In this document: positions 8,378 through 15,436 of the stretch, piece after piece | Numbering within the stretch: the stretch's first letter is position 1 | Layout of the letters: each line of letters opens with the position of its first letter | Source of the DNA: a virus | Lineage: Duplodnaviria > Caudoviricetes | Virus record (IMG/VR): IMGVR_UViG_3300036833_000266 | Coordinates: 1 to 37,292 of that record | Strand: one strand, 5' to 3' | DNA: 37,292 nucleotides | Notes under the pieces: model-generated | What the model was told of the DNA's origin: nothing | What the model saw: only the letters and a program-made list of their open reading frames with translations | Database searches by the model: none | Translations under genes and position numbers: made by a program

Positions 8378-8967
8378 ATTCCAAATTCTATTGCGCAGTC
8401 GGAAGGGCGGATGATTCCCCGCGGCCGCGATCGGTCATACGGCACTGATCGCGACCATCGCGGGTGCAGGATGGTCCGTGTAGGATGGTCGGGCAGGAGC
8501 TTCGACTTTACATTATTCGTTTTGTCCGATGTTATTGGCAATGCCTTATTGCCGAGGCTCTTATTGGCCGACCAAAACAAGCCGGCCTTATCGCATGTCT
8601 TAAGCTTTCCAGGTTGGCCTCCATCGCGTTTTGATCTCGCGGCCGCCACATTTACACTCTGAAATCCAACCCTGGCAATTGTCGAACCGTTGTTTAATTG
8701 GTCGCGTCAATTGCTTGTTTTGGAGATCCCGGCCGCCATGTCTGCAGCCGTTTATTGGTTGCGTCCCACCATTAAAGGCAATGGTATACCAGTGCCAGGC
8801 AGTGTAGGCAGTGTAGGCAGTGGTTGCCTTTTGTTTTGGTTGGTTGGTCGTTTTTGGTTGGTTGTGTGTCTGTAGGATCTCTTGAGACGGAGAGCCACGC
8901 GATGAATTGAACGCGAGGATTGCAAAGCGCGACGTTAAAGCGAGTTGGCCGGCCGGCCTGGCTAGTA

Positions 8968-8980
8968 GCTAACCGTTAGC
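8968..8980. promoter_or_regulatory. Operator O1a (GCTAACCGTTAGC)
   Basis: Perfect 6-1-6 palindrome, 85 bp upstream of O1b. Confidence 0.75.
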
Positions 8981-9043
8981 AAATAGCATGCCAATCGTTG
9001 AGATTCGGCCGGCAATTATTTTTGTTTATTTTCGGTAGTGGCA

Positions 9044-9071
9044 TTGACTGTAGCTAACGGATAGATAAGCT
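9044..9071 (+). promoter_or_regulatory. Early promoter P1 with operator O1b in the spacer
   Basis: TTGACT-16 bp-TAAGCT, AT-rich tract upstream, GCTAACGGATAGA at 9053-9065, ATG 8 nt after the -10. Confidence 0.75.
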
Positions 9072-9079
9072 TGTAACAT

Positions 9080-9247
9080 ATGAATAATACGTTAGATACA
9101 ACTAAACAAACTATTAAATACGACTATGAGCATCAAGCTTGGGTCGTAAACGGCAAATATGCGTCTTGTGCGCATCCGGAGCAAATGCATTGCAAATGCT
9201 ACGGCAAACTGCACGAAGGCGAGATTTGCATAACGGAGGTCCACTAA
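9080..9247 (+). CDS. Small Cys/His protein (55 aa, leaderless; not in ORF track)
   Basis: MNNTLDTTKQTIKYDYEHQAWVVNGKYASCAHPEQMHCKCYGKLHEGEICITEVH; stop 1 nt before next gene. Confidence 0.75.
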   Translation: MNNTLDTTKQTIKYDYEHQAWVVNGKYASCAHPEQMHCKCYGKLHEGEICITEVH

Positions 9248-9248
9248 A

Positions 9249-9593
9249 ATGCCGTACATAGCTACAGACAAAGTAAAATTAATGCGCTCAAATATCCGGA
9301 AAGCTTTACCGGGATACGTTGTGAGCGTCACAAAACATCACCATTCGACGGTAGACGTTCGTTTAATGTCGGGGCCGATTCCGCCGGTAGACGTAAACGT
9401 TTACTGGTACAGAGAGCACCTACAGAATAATCCCGACGCACTAGCGTTGGTTGAAACAATCATGTCGGAGATTGACAAGGTGCAGACATCTCGCGAGCTC
9501 GTAAATGATGGCGATTATGGAAGCGTCCCAACGTTTTATATTAACGTCTCGTTTGGCAAATGGGACAAACCCTATGTGCAGGAGGTCAAATAA
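9249..9593 (+). CDS. Conserved phage early protein (possibly LPD29-like)
   Basis: 'IRKALPGY..SV...H.S.V.V..MSGP...N.Y...FYI....GKWDKPY'; tightly coupled to neighbours. Confidence 0.6.
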   Translation: MPYIATDKVKLMRSNIRKALPGYVVSVTKHHHSTVDVRLMSGPIPPVDVNVYWYREHLQNNPDALALVETIMSEIDKVQTSRELVNDGDYGSVPTFYINVSFGKWDKPYVQEVK

Positions 9594-10444
9594 TGACGCT
9601 TTTATCGATTGGCAACGATAGCAAAACGGTCAAAGGCGAAAAATTCGGTTTTGTGACCGGGATTCAATATTTTGCGCCGGCGCATTTAGCAGGCAACGGG
9701 ATTAATGTTTGCAAATTCGCGACAGTGCATTGCAAAGCGGCTTGCCTATATTCGGCCGGCCGCGGGATCATGAGTAACGTGCAAAAAGCGCGGATTGCCA
9801 GAACGCAATTCTGGTACGCGAATCCGACGCGTTTTCTTGCGCAATTGGAAAGCGAAATTTCGGCCTTAGTTAAAAAGGCGGAAAAAGCCGGAATGCGTCC
9901 AGCTATTCGTTTGAATGGGACCAGTGACATTTTGTGGGAAAAGACTGGAATTCTTGAGAGATTTCCTCATGTCCAGTTTTATGACTTCACGAAATATCCG
10001 GCCGGCCTTCGCCAGAATTTGCCTGGCAATTACCATTTGACCTATTCATTTACCGGCCTGGCAATATCGGCCGAATTTTCGGATGCATGGGCAAAACGCG
10101 GAATTAATACGGCTGTCGTTTTCAAGGTTAAAAAAGGCGAACCCTTACCGGCCGAATTTTTTGGCCGGCCGGTCATCGACGGAGATTTGTCGGATTTGCG
10201 TTTTGCGGATCCGGCCGGGTGCATTGTCGGCCTTCGTGCGAAGGGGAAAGCTCGCGTTGGGATCTCGCCTTTTGTCGTTGAAGTGAAAGAAGGCCTGGCA
10301 ATCTGGCCGGCCGCGGATCCGGCCGCGGAAAAGGAAGTTGAGCGAATCATGGCCGCGGCCGCGAATCTCGGAAAAGTAACACTAAAGCCGATGTCAATTC
10401 CAGTCGGTACGGATCCGCTCGAGATCAAAGCTTGGACAGCCTAG
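9593..10444 (+). CDS. Gene product 88 (GP88)-family protein
   Basis: 'N.KT.K...APA...NVC......C...CL..AGRG...ARI.RT...RLNGTSDI.WE...FYD.TK...NYHLT.S...DGD..DLRF.DP...VGL.AKG'; SD GGAGG, TAATG overlap. Confidence 0.85.
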   Translation: MTLLSIGNDSKTVKGEKFGFVTGIQYFAPAHLAGNGINVCKFATVHCKAACLYSAGRGIMSNVQKARIARTQFWYANPTRFLAQLESEISALVKKAEKAGMRPAIRLNGTSDILWEKTGILERFPHVQFYDFTKYPAGLRQNLPGNYHLTYSFTGLAISAEFSDAWAKRGINTAVVFKVKKGEPLPAEFFGRPVIDGDLSDLRFADPAGCIVGLRAKGKARVGISPFVVEVKEGLAIWPAADPAAEKEVERIMAAAANLGKVTLKPMSIPVGTDPLEIKAWTA

Positions 10445-10531
10445 CGATTGCCTACAATAGCGGCCGGCCTGGAGAGATCCGCGGCCGGCCGTTATAAGGT
10501 CATCACAAACAACCAAAGGAGAAAATTCAAA

Positions 10532-10801
10532 ATGTATATGCGAGACTATTTCGGCCATGATGAAGAGATCCCGGCCGGATTTCAAGATGCCGACATCGAA
10601 ACGCGCGAGCTCGAGGCCGCGGCCGCTGAAACGCGCAATTTGCCGGCATTTCGTGTCATCTACACGGACGGAACAAGCTACGTTACGTCGATGTCCAAAA
10701 GCACAACCTTAGAAAATGCGCGAGCTTATTTTGTCGACGCGTCTATTGAACAAATGGACGGAACATGCAAACGCGTTTCAGATGTGCAGGAGATCAAATA
10801 A
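10532..10801 (+). CDS. Hypothetical early protein
   Basis: SD AAGGAG upstream of ATG 10532. Confidence 0.65.
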   Translation: MYMRDYFGHDEEIPAGFQDADIETRELEAAAAETRNLPAFRVIYTDGTSYVTSMSKSTTLENARAYFVDASIEQMDGTCKRVSDVQEIK

Positions 10802-10802
10802 C

Positions 10803-11096
10803 GTGAAAGCAATTCACTGGTATACAGACAAGAACGCGTTTCGCGGATTTAGGCCGGGGCAAATGATAACGTTTCGCGTCCCAAACGGCTTGAGCTTTAC
10901 AGGCAAGCAAGAATACAAGGTCAAACGAGGCAAAATTATAATGTGCTTCGAGAATCATGTTGTGGCTAATCATGGAAGCTTTGGGCAAGTTGTAAACGAT
11001 CAGAACTGCGTAACAAAGCCGAAACGAATTCCTAAAGGTGCAGTGATTCAACCTGGCACTGGCGGCCTGTTAGTGAAACGCGGGAGGGTCTTGTGA
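10803..11096 (+). CDS. Hypothetical early protein
   Basis: GTG 1 nt after previous stop; GTGA overlap with next gene. Confidence 0.6.
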   Translation: MKAIHWYTDKNAFRGFRPGQMITFRVPNGLSFTGKQEYKVKRGKIIMCFENHVVANHGSFGQVVNDQNCVTKPKRIPKGAVIQPGTGGLLVKRGRVL

Positions 11097-11275
11097 TAAC
11101 ACGCGACCAAATTTTGGAGGCTGTCGAGCGTGACGATTGCACGGGAATTTGCCTAGCTTGTAGAAACGAGCAAGGCAATTGCGAACCCGACGCGCGTAAA
11201 TACGAATGCGAAGCTTGTGGCGAGCTCAAGGTATATGGCGCAGAGGAATTGCTTTTCAAAATAGGAATGGACTAG
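11093..11275 (+). CDS. Zinc-ribbon phage protein
   Basis: 'GICLAC...CEPDARKYECEACG...VYG.EELL', two CxxC; SD GGGAGG. Confidence 0.8.
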   Translation: MITRDQILEAVERDDCTGICLACRNEQGNCEPDARKYECEACGELKVYGAEELLFKIGMD

Positions 11276-11289
11276 CGAATGAAACGAAC

Positions 11290-11328
11290 AAAGGCCGGCC
11301 GGGATTTGATCCGCGGCCGGCCTTTTTA
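11290..11328 (+). terminator. Rho-independent terminator of early operon 1
   Basis: AAGGCCGGCCG-GGAT / ATCC-GCGGCCGGCCTT stem followed by a T run. Confidence 0.8.
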
Positions 11329-11526
11329 CTGTACAGAATCAAGGACCAATGAAGACACGAATTCAGCCGGCCTGTCGGCCGCGGGATCCCGGCCGCGGCC
11401 GTTTATTGGTCATCTTGCCAGGCCGGCCGCGGGATCCGGATCCGGCCGGGATCCCGGCCGGCCAGACATGTTCTGCAGTGCATGTGCAATCGAACATGTT
11501 CGCTCGAGCACACGCGTGTGGCCGGT

Positions 11527-11655
11527 ACTTTGGATGGTCGACTTTGGATGGTCGACTCTGGATGGTCCGATGGTCGGCCGGCCAATGGCGAGCTCGTACT
11601 TTGGATGGTCAACTTTACAGCCGGCGAATCGCGCGATCGGCACTTTGGATGGTCG
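11527..11655 (+). repeat. Cluster of 14-bp direct repeats ACTTTGGATGGTCG
   Basis: Copies at 11527, 11541, 11555 (variant), 11598, 11642; partial at 11569; a distant copy at 12644. Confidence 0.95.
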
Positions 11656-11659
11656 ATCA

Positions 11660-11672
11660 GCAAACGGTTAGC
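11660..11672. promoter_or_regulatory. Operator O2a (GCAAACGGTTAGC)
   Basis: One mismatch from the palindrome; 84 bp upstream of O2b. Confidence 0.7.
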
Positions 11673-11734
11673 AAAAGTTGTGCCGAGAGGTCAGAACGTC
11701 GCGAAATAAAGCTGCAAATATTTTCAGGTTCCCA

Positions 11735-11762
11735 TTGACAATAGCCAACGGATAGCTAGAAT
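11735..11762 (+). promoter_or_regulatory. Early promoter P2 with operator O2b in the spacer
   Basis: TTGACA-16 bp-TAGAAT, GCCAACGGATAGC at 11744-11756, ATG 8 nt after the -10. Confidence 0.85.
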
Positions 11763-11770
11763 TGAGATCA

Positions 11771-11965
11771 ATGAATAAACACGAAAAGTTAGTAATGGAA
11801 GTTGCCGGTCGCGATTATGTGACCAGGCGACTTGGAAAGAAATCAACACACCACGTTTTGATTTTCGCTTGTCCAGGGTGTGGATCCGAAAAGCGATATT
11901 TCGCGAACCTGATTGGTTGCCGCGGCAATCCTGTTTGCGACGGAATCACGCAGAAACTTAGTTAA
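11771..11965 (+). CDS. Small Zn-binding protein (leaderless)
   Basis: CPGC...C...C; ATG 11771 directly after P2. Confidence 0.7.
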   Translation: MNKHEKLVMEVAGRDYVTRRLGKKSTHHVLIFACPGCGSEKRYFANLIGCRGNPVCDGITQKLS

Positions 11966-11983
11966 TTGGGAGGGGGCAAAATA

Positions 11984-12175
11984 ATGGAACACACAACTTG
12001 GCTTTACATCCAAAGCGAACGCGCCGGCCAAAAGATCTGCGATGGCGTTTACATGGAGCACAACCTGTTCACGGTGGGGTTCTACACTGCCGCTGGGAAA
12101 TGGGAACCGGAAAGCGATTTCAACACACGCGAACAGGCCGCGGAACGTGTCCACTACCTAAACGGTGGCAAATAA
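11984..12175 (+). CDS. Conserved small phage protein
   Basis: 'W.YI.SE...LFTVGFY...GKWEPESD...E.AA.RVHYLNGG'; SD GGGAGG. Confidence 0.75.
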   Translation: MEHTTWLYIQSERAGQKICDGVYMEHNLFTVGFYTAAGKWEPESDFNTREQAAERVHYLNGGK

Positions 12176-12252
12176 GCGAAGCAGTGTTCAACTGCACTGG
12201 TGTTCAGCCACTCATGCGCCGGCGTTGCTTGCCGGCAGTCGGCGCATGGAGG

Positions 12253-12426
12253 ATGAATACAAACAAAGTAAAACAGCCGAAAGCTCGCGGCAAGCCAGAA
12301 AGCACAAGCGATTTTAAAGCTCGGATTGCGCTTTTAAAACGCAACCAGGAAACAGGAAGAAAATATAGCCTCGTTGGTGCGAGTCGCGCCAGCGAATGCG
12401 AACTAAGGAGGAAACGATCCACATGA
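12253..12426 (+). CDS. Small basic hypothetical protein (start uncertain)
   Basis: 3' part of ORF 11998-12426; ATGA overlap with next gene. Confidence 0.4.
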   Translation: MNTNKVKQPKARGKPESTSDFKARIALLKRNQETGRKYSLVGASRASECELRRKRST

Positions 12427-12629
12427 GGCTTTCAATGAAAATATTCTTGCCGGTGCTAGCAGCGATTCTGACCGCAGTCGCAATCATTTACGCAATATCG
12501 CAAATCGATTTGTCAAACGGCCCTCCGAGCTTCGTGGGAAGCAAGCCAGGCTACATGGAAAACAGACAAAAGAAAGAGCAATTGGAATGGCTGAAAAAGC
12601 TCAAACGTATCAAGGAGGGAAAAGAATAA
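12423..12629 (+). CDS. Single-TM membrane protein
   Basis: N-terminal hydrophobic helix, charged C-terminus, AAGGAGG upstream. Confidence 0.65.
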   Translation: MRLSMKIFLPVLAAILTAVAIIYAISQIDLSNGPPSFVGSKPGYMENRQKKEQLEWLKKLKRIKEGKE

Positions 12630-12660
12630 CGCGCGTGGCCGATACTTTGGATGGGCAGAC

Positions 12661-13110
12661 TTATAGAATTCGCCGCCATCCGTCCGCGGTTTTTTGGTGG
12701 AGCTCGAAGAGGAACTGAGGCCAATAGGTTCGGGCATGTCGGAAACGCTCAATTGCCCTCTCGAATTTTCCTTTTGTAAAAGCACCTTTGACCTCGATCA
12801 ATTTGATCTGACCCGAAACGGCAATCGCCGGCGGAAAGACGACGAAGTCCGGTGTGTAACGGATGATCTCATCGCCAACAGGCCAACGCAGCGTGATCCC
12901 TTCGTAATCGTAGCGCAGGATCTCGTCGGTGCGTTTCATGTGCTCAAGAAGCACCGCGAATTCGCGCTCAGTCTTGGTTCTAAACGCCCTCGCCTTGCCA
13001 CCTGGCTTTGCGTATGCTTCACGTTTGTCGGCCGGCTGGGACATTGTGGCGGCGTTTCGCTCAAAGAACGTTTTAGAGGCTCTGGGGAAGATTTCACGCA
13101 AGCTTTTCAC
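12661..13110 (-). CDS. PD-(D/E)XK endonuclease (DUF1064-like, possible resolvase)
   Basis: 'KTEREFA...YE.ITL...RYTPDF...IEVKG'. Confidence 0.8.
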   Translation of the reverse strand: MKSLREIFPRASKTFFERNAATMSQPADKREAYAKPGGKARAFRTKTEREFAVLLEHMKRTDEILRYDYEGITLRWPVGDEIIRYTPDFVVFPPAIAVSGQIKLIEVKGAFTKGKFERAIERFRHARTYWPQFLFELHQKTADGWRRIL

Positions 13111-13322
13111 GGTTTCATTGCCCGAAGTTGGTTCTCGGCGGATCGCAATCGGCGTCTAAGCAAGAGCATGTAGTGACGGTACTCGTCCGAGTCGACAGGG
13201 TTGGCCTCCCAGCTTTCGTAGAGAGCCTGGAGTCCCTGGATTTTCTCGAGCTTTTTGATAACGGTCTTGCGATGAGTGAGCTCTTCATTCCAAGTTTTGA
13301 AGTGGGTGTGTTGGTAACCCAT
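13107..13322 (-). CDS. Hypothetical protein
   Basis: Coupled by ATGA overlap within the leftward operon. Confidence 0.65.
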   Translation of the reverse strand: MGYQHTHFKTWNEELTHRKTVIKKLEKIQGLQALYESWEANPVDSDEYRHYMLLLRRRLRSAENQLRAMKP

Positions 13323-13330
13323 TAGTTTGC

Positions 13331-14026
13331 TTATAACGGCAATCCGTATTTGTGGATCTTGTCGTCATCTTTGAATTTGCGTTCAAAGAGTGGTTTATCG
13401 GACCGGTTAAGCCAGTTGATAAATCGGCGGCGTGTAGGCTGAACTTTGTGTTCCTTGCTCCAGCGAACGCATTTGGCGTGTTCGCGTTCAACGTCGATCC
13501 CTTTGTAAGCCGGATCGGTTTTTAGTTCTTCAATCCATTTGGAGGACGAATTTTCTTTTTCTTGTACAACTTCTTTTTCTTTTGCTTCTGCATCTGCTTC
13601 TGAGTGTGTTACATTTGTTACAGTAACATCTGTAACATTCCATAACGCTTCATCTGTTACATTCTTATTCTTGGTCCTGTGTTGCGCGACTCTGAGCCTG
13701 GTTCGTTCCCTCTGGATTTCCCTGCTCAACATGGTTCGGTAATATGGGGCTTTGAGAACCATCCAGCCGTTTGGGACTCTCTCGATTCGGCGACCGTCAA
13801 ATTCATCATTTGGACTTCGTTGGTCGGGTGATTCAAGGACCTTTAACGCGTGGACGAGTTTTTCAGTTGGGACATTGGCCCGACGCGCCAGGTTTTCATC
13901 GCAAGAGAAAGGACAGAACCCATCCTCATCCATTGCCGCCAGCATTGTGATCCAGACGATCCTGGTTACGTCTTCTTCCAGCCAGATGGATGAATCGAGA
14001 ATCTTCGTAAAAAGCCGATTATACAT
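13331..14026 (-). CDS. Phage replication initiator (replisome-organiser type)
   Basis: 'MYNRLFTKILDSSIW...LARRANV...ESPD...DGRRIERV..GW...R.RV..HR', then a VT-rich linker encoded by iteron-like repeats and a C-terminal 'FINWL.R' domain. Confidence 0.75.
   Translation of the reverse strand: MYNRLFTKILDSSIWLEEDVTRIVWITMLAAMDEDGFCPFSCDENLARRANVPTEKLVHALKVLESPDQRSPNDEFDGRRIERVPNGWMVLKAPYYRTMLSREIQRERTRLRVAQHRTKNKNVTDEALWNVTDVTVTNVTHSEADAEAKEKEVVQEKENSSSKWIEELKTDPAYKGIDVEREHAKCVRWSKEHKVQPTRRRFINWLNRSDKPLFERKFKDDDKIHKYGLPL
13607..13661. repeat. Iteron-like TGTTACA/TGTAACA cluster (putative replication origin)
   Basis: TGTTACA at 13607, 13616, 13655; GTAACA 13623; TGTAACA 13631; next to a T-rich tract 13550-13585. 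Confidence 0.65.
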
Positions 14027-14093
14027 GATGAACCCATGTGAATGGACAGATCCGGTTGGATCTGCCCATTTAGGTGGTTTCACCTGGAACTCC

Positions 14094-14426
14094 CTAGCCT
14101 CCGTTGGGCGGCGGCGGCTCGGGTGCTGGTGTTGGTTCTGGTTTCTCCTCGGGTGTTTCTGTTTCTGTATCTGGCATAGGTTTCTCCTTTCTTGTTTTTT
14201 TCGTTTTCGTTTTTATTCTGGGTCTCTGGCCGCCCTGGCGGGTCCATGCTGTGAGCAGGCGGGCCCGATCGGCGCGGTTCTGGAAGACGGTGGTCACGAC
14301 GTGAAAAGCTCCCCTCTTCTGGAGTGCCGGCGCATAGCCGAGGGTTTCGGCGAAACGCACGAACTTTCCGGCCGTCGTTTTCGAGGCGAACGGCAGGCTC
14401 ACTGTGCGGATCTCCTGGTCAGCCAT
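14094..14426 (-). CDS. Hypothetical protein with acidic Pro-rich tail
   Basis: ATG 14426 overlaps the upstream gene; an internal SD+ATG at 14177. Confidence 0.55.
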   Translation of the reverse strand: MADQEIRTVSLPFASKTTAGKFVRFAETLGYAPALQKRGAFHVVTTVFQNRADRARLLTAWTRQGGQRPRIKTKTKKTRKEKPMPDTETETPEEKPEPTPAPEPPPPNGG

Positions 14427-14616
14427 GATGTGCAAGAAGAATGTAATTGGCGCAGTCATCGCAGACCGCCACCATTCTTTTTCGTCCGTTGTCGTCGTTT
14501 GTCAGTTCCAGAATATGCGTGGCTTTAGCGCGACACACCGGCAGACCGCTCACATCGGGGAATTCGCAGTAATGCCGGCTCTCTTTGAGCATGAATTGTT
14601 CGAGTTTTTTGTCCAT
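14419..14616 (-). CDS. Small Cys-rich protein
   Basis: C...C..ATH...CDDC; SD AAAGGA. Confidence 0.65.
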   Translation of the reverse strand: MDKKLEQFMLKESRHYCEFPDVSGLPVCRAKATHILELTNDDNGRKRMVAVCDDCANYILLAHHG

Positions 14617-14625
14617 TTGTTCCTT

Positions 14626-14778
14626 TCAACTTTTCAACAAAATCAAAAGCACTAACAAAATCGTGATGAGAGCCCCGGCTGCGGCGAGATGCATTGCGTG
14701 TTTGCGCTCCAGTTGTGCAACGATAAGACCTTTGTGATGGTGCAGTTCGTAAAGGTAACTAGTTATGGTCGGGATCAT
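14626..14778 (-). CDS. 50-aa C-terminally anchored membrane protein (not in ORF track)
   Basis: MIPTITSYLYELHHHKGLIVAQLERKHAMHLAAAGALITILLVLLILLKS; fills the gap exactly. Confidence 0.6.
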   Translation of the reverse strand: MIPTITSYLYELHHHKGLIVAQLERKHAMHLAAAGALITILLVLLILLKS

Positions 14779-15015
14779 TTATGTTATAAGTGTCTTGATT
14801 ACCTCGCGCTCCCTTTTCTCCACTTCTTTCTGGAATGCTAAAAGCTGCGGGAATTTTTCCGTAATGTGACTTCGAAGAATTTCATCGGCCATCTGGTCTG
14901 CAGTCGTCATCCTATCGCCATCCCCTACCCCTGCCGGCGATTTGGCTTTGGCTATCAGCCAGAGCCAACGCCAAACTTCGCGAGACAGATAGGTTGGTTC
15001 GCGGCGGATGCTCAT
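14779..15015 (-). CDS. Hypothetical protein, possible ribbon-helix-helix
   Basis: 'PTYLSREVWRWL..IAK...TADQMADEILR'; start 1 nt after upstream stop. Confidence 0.6.
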   Translation of the reverse strand: MSIRREPTYLSREVWRWLWLIAKAKSPAGVGDGDRMTTADQMADEILRSHITEKFPQLLAFQKEVEKREREVIKTLIT

Positions 15016-15016
15016 G

Positions 15017-15190
15017 TTATTCTGATTGTGGTTCGTCGGCTGCAAATTCAATTAGATTTGCAAATACTTCCGGTTCCAAAACAATTCGATTACGAGGATC
15101 ATCGGGATAGCCGTTTTCGGTAGTGAGAACGAGGCGGCCTAAGTCGTCCCAGGTCACATAAACGCTATCGCCTAGATATAATTTTTTCAT
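15017..15190 (-). CDS. Conserved small phage protein (57 aa; not in ORF track)
   Basis: MKKLYLGDSVYVTWDDLGRLVLTTENGYPDDPRNRIVLEPEVFANLIEFAADEPQSE; 'YLGD.VY...LTTENG...I.LEPEV' pattern; ATGA overlap. Confidence 0.75.
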   Translation of the reverse strand: MKKLYLGDSVYVTWDDLGRLVLTTENGYPDDPRNRIVLEPEVFANLIEFAADEPQSE

Positions 15191-15423
15191 TTCAATGTTG
15201 GTATCAGCCTTGAAAGGTCATGCCACATGCCGCCTTGAAACTGCGCGTCACGTTCCACTCGCAGCCGAGCCCGGCAGTTTGGGCAGCGGACCAGGCCGCC
15301 ATGAACATGAGTCGGCACACGGACGCCCTCGCCGCAGATGGGACAATCGTAGCTGGGCGCGTCATTATAGCTCTTGGCATGTTCAATCATGCGCTGGCGA
15401 TGTTTACGTTCTGCCTGGTCCAT
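15187..15423 (-). CDS. Zinc-ribbon protein
   Basis: CPIC...CPNC. Confidence 0.7.
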   Translation of the reverse strand: MDQAERKHRQRMIEHAKSYNDAPSYDCPICGEGVRVPTHVHGGLVRCPNCRARLRVERDAQFQGGMWHDLSRLIPTLK

Positions 15424-15436
15424 GTTAGTGGTTTAG

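Noticed and set aside
8374-8875. ORFs 8374-8649, 8411-8662 and 8690-8875
   Set aside because: No RBS or recognisable motif; they cross repeats and low-complexity tracts.
11527-11655. CRISPR array
   Set aside because: Repeats are 14 bp, partly abutting, with irregular gaps and no cas genes; the 7467-7547 array also lacks spacers.
11279-11738. Five overlapping ORFs in the track
   Set aside because: They translate a terminator and GC-rich repeats; no RBS; treated as non-coding.
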